64,000 nt of DNA, from contig MRSU01005191.1 of the NCBI GenBank assembly GCA_008369845.1, positions 1 through 64,000 on the forward strand, read 5' to 3'. Position 1 is the stretch's first letter, and every line of letters begins with the position of its first letter. Shown in pieces: positions 11,082 to 21,302 of this stretch. The DNA is from Trichomonas gallinae (Eukaryota). A program made the position numbers and the translations under genes. Below the pieces are notes generated by a model. It searched no databases. It had not been told where the DNA came from and saw nothing but the letters and a program-made list of their open reading frames with translations.

Positions 11082-12713
11082 TTATTTGTTTTGCTCACTA
11101 ACAAGTTTGCTGAGGATTTCCGCACCAGGCTCACCAGCTGATGCAGGTTTCTTCGTTCCCTTCAACGTCAGCTCGGAAATGTGCGCGAAAACTTGACCGA
11201 TTTGTTGCTCGATTTCCTCGAACCTTCCATCGAACATCTGCTGCGTTCTCTGAATGACATCGCCGAGCTCTTTCTTCGTGGCGTAGTTCGGCCTGTTCTC
11301 TGGTGCCTCGAAGAACTCTATTCTAGTTTCAACTTCGTCAACTTTCTTCCTGAAATCGTTCTGAAGTCTTTCGACACTTGTCGTCAATTCTGTGTATCTC
11401 TGACTTATCTGGTTGATCTGTTCGGCGAGCTGCGACCTTGTCTGAACAGCTGCGTTGTTTACTGCGTTCAATCTTGCTTCTAATCTCTGAACTCTTTCGA
11501 TTTGTTGTCTAACTTCAGCTAATTGTGCCTTAACTGTTCCTGTTATTCTGTCCAATTCGTTCGTGCAGTTTGCGACTGTCTGGTTGACAAGATTCTCCAT
11601 TCTTTCACTCTGCTGCTGCAGCTGCTGCGTTAATGATGTTTTTAATTCATCGTAACGAGCGACAATATCCTGTTCACTGTTGACTCTCGACTGTGAAACT
11701 GAGTTGAGAGCAGCTTCAAGGCCTTGGCTTGTCGTTACAATGTGATTTTTCAAAGCTTGAATTGTTGAATTCACGTCGCTTTCGAGTGTTGAGAACTGTG
11801 CGTTACTATCTGCAACGAACTGATCCATTCTTGAAGCCAGCTGGCCAAATCCATCCGCAGATGAAGAGCTGCAAGAAATTAATCCTTCTTTTGCAGCTTT
11901 TGACAAGGCCATAAGCGAAGACTGGTACTGATTCTTTGTTGTAGTTAAGAATGCGAGCATTTTAGAGACGACATCTGTTGTTTGGCGATTCACATCATTT
12001 ACTTGTTTCTGAATTTGCTGCATTGTCTGCTGGCGGACCTTGGACTCATTCTTAAGAGCAGCTCCAAGTGATGCAGAAGTCGCTCCGAATGAAGCAACAG
12101 TTTCTCCTTGGAATTGCGAAAGTTTTTCGTTGAAAGCTCTTGTTAAGTTCTGTATTTCTGTTCTGAGGGACCTTAAAATCTCATCAGCTTGTCCCATTCC
12201 AGCTTCTAAACCATTTAATCTAGCTGAAGCGTTATCTAATGTATCTCTCTGTCTTTGAAGTTCTGCATCTATTTCAGCAACATTAGTTCTTGTTGTTGTT
12301 GTTAAGTCTCCGTATCTTTGAAGCACTTGTCCAATGTTTAATGATGCATCTGCTAATTTTTCGTTCAAAAACTGTAATTTATTCTGTGCTTCGCCAGAAA
12401 ACTTATCAAACTTCTGCCTGACGCGTGTTACGTCGTCTTCTACCGGTTTAACAGCGTTCGGTATATCAGCAACAACAACTCTTTCAATGGAAGTCCTAAG
12501 ATTTTGGAGTGTTGTTGCCATACTTGGTAGTTGGGAAGACTCCATGTGCTTCAAACTTTCTAATATCGATTTAATTGAAGAATTTTGTTGTCGAATTTCA
12601 GTTTCAAGTTGCATTGCCTTAGAATCGAGTATCGGATCAACTGTCTGAGGCTGTGGAGGTGCCTGGTATGGCCTCACAGCGCCGCCAGCCGGTGGATATT
12701 CTTCATCTTCCAT
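11082..12713 (-). CDS. Gln-rich coiled-coil protein with Pro-rich head (possible cytoskeletal fibre protein)
   Basis: 543-aa ORF with strong heptad pattern and biased codon usage; stop reads TAAA. Confidence 0.85.
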   Translation of the reverse strand: MEDEEYPPAGGAVRPYQAPPQPQTVDPILDSKAMQLETEIRQQNSSIKSILESLKHMESSQLPSMATTLQNLRTSIERVVVADIPNAVKPVEDDVTRVRQKFDKFSGEAQNKLQFLNEKLADASLNIGQVLQRYGDLTTTTRTNVAEIDAELQRQRDTLDNASARLNGLEAGMGQADEILRSLRTEIQNLTRAFNEKLSQFQGETVASFGATSASLGAALKNESKVRQQTMQQIQKQVNDVNRQTTDVVSKMLAFLTTTKNQYQSSLMALSKAAKEGLISCSSSSADGFGQLASRMDQFVADSNAQFSTLESDVNSTIQALKNHIVTTSQGLEAALNSVSQSRVNSEQDIVARYDELKTSLTQQLQQQSERMENLVNQTVANCTNELDRITGTVKAQLAEVRQQIERVQRLEARLNAVNNAAVQTRSQLAEQINQISQRYTELTTSVERLQNDFRKKVDEVETRIEFFEAPENRPNYATKKELGDVIQRTQQMFDGRFEEIEQQIGQVFAHISELTLKGTKKPASAGEPGAEILSKLVSEQNK

Positions 12714-12744
12714 TTCTTATAAAAAAATTAAAAAACGAACAATT

Positions 12745-12995
12745 TTACCCCAGCTTATTTTTTTACAACCCTAAAATATCAACCCCCTACATATTTTTGA
12801 TAATCCCTTTTTATCATTATTGAATAGTTTCCCTTTATATTTTTACTACACCCTTTTATACTTCTGAATTTTCAGCCCCTAAATATTTTTAATAACCCCC
12901 TTGTAATATTTTTGAATCATTTCCCTATATATTTTTATCAAACCCTTTTATGATTCTGAATAATAGTCCCTATTTATTTTTGTATGCCCCTTTTA
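12745..12995. repeat. Degenerate CCC(C)T-core tandem array in a divergent promoter
   Basis: About 12 CCC/CCCT cores, mostly 20-27 bp apart; 12784-12875 and 12876-12967 align as ~92-bp higher-order units. Confidence 0.8.
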
Positions 12996-13077
12996 TTGGT
13001 GTATTATAGATTTTCCGGTTGTATATTGTTTATTGTGTTACTTAGAAGTGTTTTTACCCGTTTTTTTGAGCATAAAA

Positions 13078-13620
13078 ATGGGATGCGGGAATTCTTCTGC
13101 TATTATCAACACGAGTCTCCCAATTTCTATGGTTAGATCAATAAAATCGACATGCCTTGTGTTTGGCATGCCTGATAGTGGTCAAGAAACATTTGTTTCG
13201 GCGATTGAAAAATGTTTTACAAGTATTTCACCAATGAAAGCGCTTCCATTTGAATTTTATGTTGCTGGTACAGATAGGTCTGACAGAATAACCTGGATTG
13301 ATGAGTATCAGAAGCATTCTAGAATAATCATTTCATTTTTCTTTGCAGATATTTCTTCTAAGGCATCCATGCTTGCGTCAGTCAGGACACTAAACTGGCT
13401 CAGATGCGAAATCCCAGAAAAAACGAATCTCTTCACAATTGTTCAAATTAGCAACGACAAAGACATTGAAGCCGTTAACTACCTCAAATCTCTTCTCGGA
13501 GACTCTATAGAATTTAGTACATTCAACAATGACAATCCAAATGACGTTAGAATATATGTTGAACATATTATCGGCTTAGTGGCTCAGCAATCTCGTTATT
13601 CATCGCTGTTCAAGCAATAA
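13078..13620 (+). CDS. N-terminally acylated small-GTPase-fold protein with degenerate G motifs (Arf/G-alpha-like)
   Basis: ATG 13078 gives MGCGNSS (myristoylation/palmitoylation-type). CLVFGMPDSGQET lies at the P-loop position, AGTDRSDRITW at switch II, followed by FFFAD. Confidence 0.75.
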   Translation: MGCGNSSAIINTSLPISMVRSIKSTCLVFGMPDSGQETFVSAIEKCFTSISPMKALPFEFYVAGTDRSDRITWIDEYQKHSRIIISFFFADISSKASMLASVRTLNWLRCEIPEKTNLFTIVQISNDKDIEAVNYLKSLLGDSIEFSTFNNDNPNDVRIYVEHIIGLVAQQSRYSSLFKQ

Positions 13621-14012
13621 GCTATGCCTAATAGTCCTTGTTCGATTTTCCAAGAAAAATTATTATTCAATTTTGTATGTATATTATTTTGTTTTGTTTT
13701 TTAAATTTTAAACATTACATCAACTATCCTATCTGGAAGCCTGTCTGCTAATATAATTTGCTCATCTGTGCAAAAGAAGTGATAATCATTATTTATCAGT
13801 CATAATTCAAAAGTACTAAGTAACTACATTCTAACAAAAGAATAAAGATGCCAAAAATATTTTTCTCAGATATATCTTCTCATGAAGCTAAATTATCTTC
13901 TAGATCTGTATTTTTTAGAAAGCTATGTATAGAAATGCTTCTTGCTATTTGATTGCTACCATTAACTATGCTAGATTATTCTCCAATTTGAAATATTAGA
14001 TCTTCATCAAAA

Positions 14013-14165
14013 ATTCTTGCTTTCGAAGAAGGTCATTAATGAGCTATTAAACTCATTCTCACAGATTCTGGAATAGATGTCAACGCAAATGAAGTTTACA
14101 ACAATACTGCCTTGATTAAGGCTTCACAAAATGGTCATCATGAAATTGAAAAACTTTTGCATAAT
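14013..14165 (+). pseudogene. Ankyrin-repeat gene relic
   Basis: One frame reads ILAFEEGH**AIKLILTDSGIDVNANEVYNNTALIKASQNGHHEIEKLL: ankyrin consensus with two in-frame stops. Confidence 0.85.
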
Positions 14166-14399
14166 GATTCAAAAATATTGCAAAAAACACGGGCTAGTAT
14201 TCTGCCCATAGCATCCACCCATTGTATTGTTTTTACTATGATGTTAGCTAAGAATTTCATATGTGCATTTTGGAGTTATTTATTTAAACTTTCAGATATC
14301 ATAATAAATAAAAATATGGCATGTAATCAAAAAATATGACATGTAAATTTAATCGTTTTGCCATGTAAGCTTTTGTAAACTAAATTTTGTAAAATTTTT

Positions 14400-15722
14400 A
14401 TGATTACACTCGAAGAATATGGCCAAATGAAGGAGCAGCTTCTACAAATGAGCGATGAGCATGAAATGATGGAAAATCAGATACAGAAACTGCAGGCACA
14501 AAATTCGCAGCTCCCTCTGCTCAGAATGCAGTTAGCCGATTCAACAGCAGCTCTTAAGAAACTCGAGGATGAGTTTACACAGACACAACTGAAGCTAAAT
14601 GAAGAATTCGACCGATTAAGTGACATGGATGCAATTAAAACGCCAGAAATAAAATTAAATGAACAAAAAGAAGCATATTTGCAAGAGCAACTTACAAAAA
14701 TGAAACAAAAATACGATGGCCTTTTTGATGAAGAGAATCAAATTATGGAGAATTTAGCAAATGCCGCTGCACAAGAGAATGATTTAACAATTTTAATTGA
14801 CGATGCAGATAAAAAATACGCAAAGTACGAGGTGTTAGTACACCAACTTCAAACATGCAGAATGATGCGCTTTCATATTGAAGACATGCTTGAAAATTGT
14901 GATCAACTGAAAATCGAGCGTGAAGCGCAGCATGGCCGACGATACAGATTGAATGGATGGAAGCAGCAAGCTTCTGTCATCAATCAGCAACAGGTTATAG
15001 CACATAACGACTTAATTAGAGATTTTAATGAAAAAGCAAAAGAGCTGCAAGAAGAAGAGCGTAAACTATCCGAAGTCTATACTACACAAGCTTCATGCCA
15101 ATCTAAGCTGTCAGATTTGGAAATTGAAATTTCACAACTTGAAAAATCAAATAGTGAAGCTTCGCAGACGACACATGCAGAAATAGAAAAAGAAAGAGAT
15201 GAAATACAAAAACTAAAGCAAAAACTCGCGTCAAATAAATCAGAAATTTCAGAAATGCGAAATACAATTCAAAACTACAACAGAAGCGAAGCCAAAGCAA
15301 TACAGAAGAAGATAGGCATGGTGCGTGACTTGGAGAAGAGATTAATCCAAGAACGCAAGAATTTACCTGTTATTCAAATCGATTCTCCGTATGTTGAAGA
15401 ATTAACGAGAACTGTTGACGCCGAGATGAGAGAACGCGAGAAAATACTCTTCGAAGTCAGAGACCTCGAAAAAGAATTAAAACGCGTAAGAGCGGATTCA
15501 GATCGTAAAACTGTTGTAATTGAAGAATTCTCAACAGTTAGACCGTCTGATGAGCCACTCGCCGATGAAATATGCTACAGAGATTTCTTAAATCTCCTCA
15601 AAGAAGCAGAAATTAAGCACGTTAACTATGTATCCGATTTGCAAGGCATCGCAGAACTTGTTGCATGCGCACAGCAGGAAATGGACGTCCTCCGTGAAAC
15701 TCTTAGTGAACTTAGTCACTAA
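14400..15722 (+). CDS. Coiled-coil protein (440 aa)
   Basis: Heptad-rich E/Q/K/L ORF; stop reads TAAA. Confidence 0.85.
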   Translation: MITLEEYGQMKEQLLQMSDEHEMMENQIQKLQAQNSQLPLLRMQLADSTAALKKLEDEFTQTQLKLNEEFDRLSDMDAIKTPEIKLNEQKEAYLQEQLTKMKQKYDGLFDEENQIMENLANAAAQENDLTILIDDADKKYAKYEVLVHQLQTCRMMRFHIEDMLENCDQLKIEREAQHGRRYRLNGWKQQASVINQQQVIAHNDLIRDFNEKAKELQEEERKLSEVYTTQASCQSKLSDLEIEISQLEKSNSEASQTTHAEIEKERDEIQKLKQKLASNKSEISEMRNTIQNYNRSEAKAIQKKIGMVRDLEKRLIQERKNLPVIQIDSPYVEELTRTVDAEMREREKILFEVRDLEKELKRVRADSDRKTVVIEEFSTVRPSDEPLADEICYRDFLNLLKEAEIKHVNYVSDLQGIAELVACAQQEMDVLRETLSELSH

Positions 15723-16002
15723 TTTTTATTTAAACTATCTTTCAATACAATTAGTAGTTCAAAAAATGTATCTTGTTTTTATCTATTTCTTGGTTTAAAT
15801 CAAAAATAAATTAATAGTAAAGAATCAAATCTTGAAAATGAGGCAAAAATATTTCGTATTCATAGAAAGTAGATGATTTATCTAATATACAATCGTAATT
15901 TCGAGCTCTATTTTGAATTTCAATAAAATGAAATTCAAAATTTAAGAACTTTTCGTATAAAATTAAAAAAATTGGTCTAATTAGTATAGAATGAATGATT
16001 TC

Positions 16003-16281
16003 TTAGTAGAGTTCTTTGATAACTTGAATTCCAACAAGAAAATCATTTTGTTCGCCAATTGTAACAGCGTTCTTCGTGCCTTCTATAACTATCTTGATAG
16101 AATCTTCACCTGGAAAGATTTCTCTCGCACAATTATGAACTTCGCGGACATAAGCTGCTGTTGCTTTTGTCGCTTCTCCGCTGGACGATATAGAGTAGCC
16201 GTTCTTGTCAACAACAGTCGAGTACCTGACGAAAGCCTGGCGCTCGAGAGAACGAAGTGATTCGAGAAAATTTTCCTCCAT
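16003..16281 (-). CDS. LAMTOR5: Roadblock-fold protein, Ragulator subunit LAMTOR5 (HBXIP)-like
   Basis: 92 aa; pattern (N-terminal helix, VVDKNGYSISSSG, AAYVREV..CAREI, IVIEG..AVTI...DFLVGI) matches LAMTOR5 in length and motif order by eye. Confidence 0.7.
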   Translation of the reverse strand: MEENFLESLRSLERQAFVRYSTVVDKNGYSISSSGEATKATAAYVREVHNCAREIFPGEDSIKIVIEGTKNAVTIGEQNDFLVGIQVIKELY

Positions 16282-17101
16282 AATAACAATTGAACAGCTC
16301 TGTTTGGAATTTTGCCTATCATAAAAAACTAGTCTTGTCTCTTATGAATGTCTTATTCTGATTGTATTGCTTCTAATGGAGCTATATATTTAATATATTT
16401 TAAAATTATTCAATATTTTAAATATTCATTTTATAAATATAGTTTTAGCGTTTTGTAATGAATAAATTAGATTGCTCTACTTCTGATAAAGCCATATTTT
16501 TAATGAATTCAGTATCAATTTAATACGAAGATTTTCTCAACAGGTTTCCCTATGATATTTGTAGTTTTATTATTAACAATTAGATATCTAGTAGAGCCAT
16601 GCGATTCACCCATTAAGAATCATTAAAAGCTTCGATATCAAACAATAGTAAGGAAAAGCTAAAAAAAAAAAAAAAAATGAAATTGGAGAATTTTAATAAA
16701 TAACTCCAAAAAGCATATATGAACATCTTAGATAGCATGAGATTAAAAACAATAAAATGAGTAAATCCTATTGACAGAATACTAGACCGTGTTCATAGCG
16801 ACATTTTTGGAGGAGTGCATTTTTGATAGATTTTTGTGCAAAAGTTTTAATTTTTCAAGATGATCATATTGTGATGCTTTAATCAAAACTGTAATGTTGC
16901 CTTTGTCTTTTGTGTTGACATCATTTTAGGAATTGTGAGAAGGAGTTTGGAAACTCATGGGGACCTTCTTCTAAATAAAGAATGTTTTGTTAAATGCCAC
17001 ATTTTAAAATTCATACGTTTCAGATTGAAAAATATGCATCAATTCTTTCTTTTGAAAAAACATTCCATATCAAGATTGAAAAGAATGATAAGGCTAAAAT
17101 T

Positions 17102-17230
17102 GCATTAATGAAAGCCTAAGAGATAGATCATTGTGGAATTGTTAAATACGCAATAAATTCCACTTTGATATACCTATCCTAAAACAGCATTCGTGTGAGC
17201 TTCAACAAATGGTTATTATGAAACTGTGTT
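17102..17230 (+). pseudogene. Second ankyrin-repeat gene relic
   Basis: ALMKA*EIDHCGIVKY from 17102 and, in a shifted frame, TAFV*ASTNGYYETV from 17184. The relic may extend back to a decayed ATG at 16677. Confidence 0.7.
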
Positions 17231-17484
17231 TATAAGAATAGTTCAGCACATACATTACAATTTCACTATATTTAAACATGAAAAATCATTATTCAACTTT
17301 TTCGAATCAAACAAAAAAGAAAAAAAAAATCGAAAAATGCCATTATAATATAGATATTTGTGTATGTGGTGTCTCCCATTGAGTGAATCACGTATGAGTA
17401 GTAATGTGTTATTTCTTTTCCGTTTATAATTAAACACCCCTTGTTTATATTTACAAGACCCTGTTAAAATAACAACGTGAATGA

Positions 17485-20043
17485 ATGACTTTTTCCTCTG
17501 CTATTTCGGATGCAAGGGATAAAGGTCTTGAGCCAAAATACGTCGGCATAGTCCAAGAGATCTCACTAGCCGAGAATGCTGTCGATTTGATCATGGTTTG
17601 CACGACACCTTATCTGTTATTCTACCAAATTTCCGATTCTAAGATGCTATACCAGTTTTCGTGGCTAGAACTGTCGGATTTTAAGTACTCGTCATACAAT
17701 ATACAGCTGAATTTTGGAAATACGAAATTTAACTGTTTTTCGGAAGAAATTAATCAGATTTTGATGTCTATATCAGAGTCAATACAGCAGATACTTAAGC
17801 CTAATGAACTTATTTCTCTTGGATTCACCCCATACAAAAATCTCGTTTTCGAGCCAACAACAGAATCAATTCTTTCACGTGCAAATCTGTTTTGCCAACT
17901 GAAAAATATAGAATGGAACCATGAAATTCAAACAAGTTTAACAGATTTCTTAATATTTTCTCAAACATTCGTTTCTATTCGACAATTTAGCCAGAAACTT
18001 ATTTTCCCAATATTATGCGACATTCTCCCACTAATCAAAAATGTTGTAAGTGTTGAACTAGCAAAGATACAAGGTTTTGATCTCTTTCACCAAGCTTCTT
18101 ATATTTCGCGTGAAAAATCGAATCTACAACATATCCATATAAATGGGAAAGCAACTGGCTCATTTAACTCATACCTCAATCATTTAATGAAAAATAATAA
18201 TATTAATTTACAAGGTTTGACGTTTTCTAATTCTGCATTCTCTGACTCACAGCTTAACCATCTGAAAGAAGTTGTTATAGCCAAAGAAATCAGAAGTTTA
18301 GGTTTCCAGAAAGCAATTCTCGATGAAAACATGAAATACTTTTGCAATGAATTCATCAACAGCAGAATTGGAGATATTTTAGTATATTTGAACTTAGATT
18401 TTTCATCAAACATTCGATTATCATTAATCTTTCCAAATATTTCGAATATTCGTGTTTTATCACTAGAAAAGTGCGACTTAGATATAGCTGATGTGTTATC
18501 TTCAATATCCAAATACAAACTCGATCATTTGACTTCGATTAATTTATCTGCAAACAATAACATAGATGTAGCCTCATTAGACTCAATACTTTTGCCGCCC
18601 ACTCTAGAAACAATATGTGTAGACAACATAGAATGGATGGATGAAGGTTTAACGCATTTTTTCAAAATGTTGGAAAACAATTTTCAAGAGAAAAGCGTAA
18701 GATTATCAGTTATAAACGCTAAATCAACACAAAGTGATTGGGAGTTCTTCTTCAATTTTCTCCAACAATCGAATTTAAAGACAATTTGTTCATTAGTCTG
18801 GGATAGAAACCCAGTGAACAAGATTTTGTTCGATTTCCTGCTAAATTGTCAGGACTTGTCTTATCTCTCAGTGAATTATTGCTTCAAATCCTCAAGTCCA
18901 GAAATTGTTCAAAATTTCGCCGATTTCATCAGTAATTCGCCAAATCTCGGCTCTCTTTCAATTATAGGACGCAAATATATGGTATTGGAGTCGCTAATTT
19001 CAGTCATTGTCGAAGCAGTAATGAATTCGAGTATTTATTACTTAGATATATCATACAACGGCGGAGGAGACGATTCAATCATTTTTGTTCAGGATCTTCT
19101 TGACTCCAACCTACAAGTTTTAGTCGCAGATGGTTTGTATCCGGAGTCTTTACCAGTATTTAGAGAATATTTAGAAAACGCTTCAAATAGCAGTGTTTTC
19201 TTATCTTTTCCGCTCACAGATGCGATAATGATAGCCTCGCAGTCTGAAGAAGACAAAGATCACCTGTTATTAGAATTTTATCATATCATGAACTTAAATG
19301 CAAGCGATGATGACAGCATTAACTCACTATCGCTGTTTTTAGACGAAAGGGAGCCGAGATTTCCAAGTTACATCGATTCTACAGGAATTATTTGTAATTT
19401 AGACATGAACAAGAGATTATTTGAACTGAGCTACGCCAAATCAGCAGAAATCTTCAATTTCACTGCTCAGCCAACCGAAGGCATTGTTATTCAAAGTCCA
19501 ACAAAAGATTATTTTTCTCCTTACAAAACTAAACATAGAAAACAGAAGATGCATACAAGGATAGACTGGACTAATGCGCCACAGTCGCCAAGAATGCGAA
19601 AACACGTTTCTATATTTGTAAATGATAATGACGACGATTACGTTGCTCCTATGTCTTCGAAACGACGAAATAGATCTGTTCCATTATCTCCTAAGCCTAT
19701 AGACCAGGTGCAAGAGGCCCAATGCATGAGCGATGGCGGAGATATTTCGAATATGATTTCAACAATGGCAAATGCTGGAGATTTAAACGTAGAGCCACCA
19801 ACACTGCCATTGACATCTAATTTAGACGATGCAATTCCAATTAAAAGCCTTAGAGAAAGAAAAAAGCATCGCAAAAGCCCAGCTATAGCAGATAAGTGGA
19901 CTTTTCCGATTCCACAGTTCCCTATCTATGGAGAGGAGATCTGGGAACCCCTTGAATCCGAATTTTCTTTCGAAAATGTTTTCGATTCGATAAAAGATGA
20001 CAAACCTTTCGAAATTCCGCGAAAGAAGTCATCTAGATCATAA
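17485..20043 (+). CDS. CARMIL-like leucine-rich-repeat protein (PH-like N-terminus, RI-type LRRs, disordered tail)
   Basis: LRR motifs (LSLEKCDL, INLSAN, LDISYNGGGD) follow a beta-rich N-terminus with FSWLEL. Confidence 0.8.
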   Translation: MTFSSAISDARDKGLEPKYVGIVQEISLAENAVDLIMVCTTPYLLFYQISDSKMLYQFSWLELSDFKYSSYNIQLNFGNTKFNCFSEEINQILMSISESIQQILKPNELISLGFTPYKNLVFEPTTESILSRANLFCQLKNIEWNHEIQTSLTDFLIFSQTFVSIRQFSQKLIFPILCDILPLIKNVVSVELAKIQGFDLFHQASYISREKSNLQHIHINGKATGSFNSYLNHLMKNNNINLQGLTFSNSAFSDSQLNHLKEVVIAKEIRSLGFQKAILDENMKYFCNEFINSRIGDILVYLNLDFSSNIRLSLIFPNISNIRVLSLEKCDLDIADVLSSISKYKLDHLTSINLSANNNIDVASLDSILLPPTLETICVDNIEWMDEGLTHFFKMLENNFQEKSVRLSVINAKSTQSDWEFFFNFLQQSNLKTICSLVWDRNPVNKILFDFLLNCQDLSYLSVNYCFKSSSPEIVQNFADFISNSPNLGSLSIIGRKYMVLESLISVIVEAVMNSSIYYLDISYNGGGDDSIIFVQDLLDSNLQVLVADGLYPESLPVFREYLENASNSSVFLSFPLTDAIMIASQSEEDKDHLLLEFYHIMNLNASDDDSINSLSLFLDEREPRFPSYIDSTGIICNLDMNKRLFELSYAKSAEIFNFTAQPTEGIVIQSPTKDYFSPYKTKHRKQKMHTRIDWTNAPQSPRMRKHVSIFVNDNDDDYVAPMSSKRRNRSVPLSPKPIDQVQEAQCMSDGGDISNMISTMANAGDLNVEPPTLPLTSNLDDAIPIKSLRERKKHRKSPAIADKWTFPIPQFPIYGEEIWEPLESEFSFENVFDSIKDDKPFEIPRKKSSRS

Positions 20044-20114
20044 TATTTGTATAAATTGTTTTAATTTCTTATAGTTTACGATGGATATAACACAAAAATA
20101 ACAAAATAATTAAA

Positions 20115-21302
20115 TTAAAGTCCTTCAACTAAAGCGCTGCCCTTTGCGAATGTGATGAGGATTGTGTTTGAGTCTTGAGGGTCCAAAACCCTCTTTGCAT
20201 TGACTTCCTTCGGAATATGTTCGACTAAAATTGTTGGCGCGTCAGGATTCGATAATTGTCCGGGAGATTCGTTAAATACTGTTTCATCTGACTTTGGATC
20301 GAGGACTCTTTGGAGCTTCTGTTGCTTATCTAGTGGAATTACGTTCGGTAAATAAATTTCATTTTCGATTTCTTGCTTCAATGACTCGATATCGGTTGAA
20401 ACGAACGGCACATAGCCTGTATAAAGCTGGAATAGTATCACAGCTGCTGCCCAAAAGTCGGATCTCGGTGTAGGAGGATTTGAATTGATATATTCGGGAG
20501 AAAGGTATGGAACGTATCTCTCTATGTTCGGATTTGTTGGAAAAATAAGACCTGGGAATGAAAGCGAAATATGGCCGCGATAATCAATCAAAACGTTTGA
20601 AATGTGAAAATCTCCAATGATAATATTCAATTCGTGGAGATTTTTAAGTCCTGCCAAAAGCTCTCCGAACAGGTTATCAGCAATAAGCTGTCCAATATAG
20701 TTCTTTCTTATGATATTTTGAAGATTCGTTGCTGCATATTCGCAGATAAACATTATACATTCATCATCCTGTACTATATCTACCAATGGGTTGATATACG
20801 GAATTCTCTTGCCTAAAAGTGAGTTTCTGTATTTTTCGATTAATTTTTGTTGATTGTTCGCTAATTCGATTGGATAGCGCTTCGCTACATAGAGGTTGTT
20901 GTTGGTTGTATCTTTAACTTCCAAAACTGTCGAATGAAGTCCGTGTTTGATATATCTGAGGATTTGGTAGTCAGAAGGCGATTTATTTGTCTTTTCTGGA
21001 ACTTTGTTCTGCCTGACGTTGTTGAGGACTTCCACCCATTCAGCAATGTCGCTTTCTTTATCCGTGACAACATAATAAGTCCTGTGCGGGCAAATGATCT
21101 CGAACGCTGGCTGCTTCTTGCAGTCTTTCGACGGGCGAATATCGATTGATTCCAAAATGTTGATTGTGCCTCGCGGAATAACTCCAGGCTGCGTAGAATA
21201 CTCCAAAACTCCGTTCGTGAGCACAAACCAGCGACGCTTCCATGTCTTCCAGAAGCCGCCCATCTTCGTGCCCCATCCTTCCTTTAAAACGGCACCGCTC
21301 AT
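20115..21302 (-). CDS. PH domain plus degenerate AGC/Akt-like kinase domain (probable pseudokinase)
   Basis: Clear PH domain (KEGWGTKMGGFWKTWKRRWFVL...EWVEVL). Kinase fold keeps VAK and SDFW, but the Gly loop is KHGLHS, HRD is IGD and DFG is SFPG. Confidence 0.85.
   Translation of the reverse strand: MSGAVLKEGWGTKMGGFWKTWKRRWFVLTNGVLEYSTQPGVIPRGTINILESIDIRPSKDCKKQPAFEIICPHRTYYVVTDKESDIAEWVEVLNNVRQNKVPEKTNKSPSDYQILRYIKHGLHSTVLEVKDTTNNNLYVAKRYPIELANNQQKLIEKYRNSLLGKRIPYINPLVDIVQDDECIMFICEYAATNLQNIIRKNYIGQLIADNLFGELLAGLKNLHELNIIIGDFHISNVLIDYRGHISLSFPGLIFPTNPNIERYVPYLSPEYINSNPPTPRSDFWAAAVILFQLYTGYVPFVSTDIESLKQEIENEIYLPNVIPLDKQQKLQRVLDPKSDETVFNESPGQLSNPDAPTILVEHIPKEVNAKRVLDPQDSNTILITFAKGSALVEGL

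Noticed and set aside
12745..12995. CCCTAA/TAACCC-like words as telomeric repeats
   Set aside because: Isolated cores separated by AT spacers, not a tandem hexamer array.
7330..16677. A-runs at 7330-7347 and 16661-16677 as retroposed poly(A) tails
   Set aside because: No target-site duplications or element body; the first reads as a T-rich tract after a stop codon.
16761..16830. PIDRILDRVHSDIFGG resembling a copia integrase (HSD) or MutS segment
   Set aside because: Too short, closed by stops and without supporting motifs; cannot be assigned.
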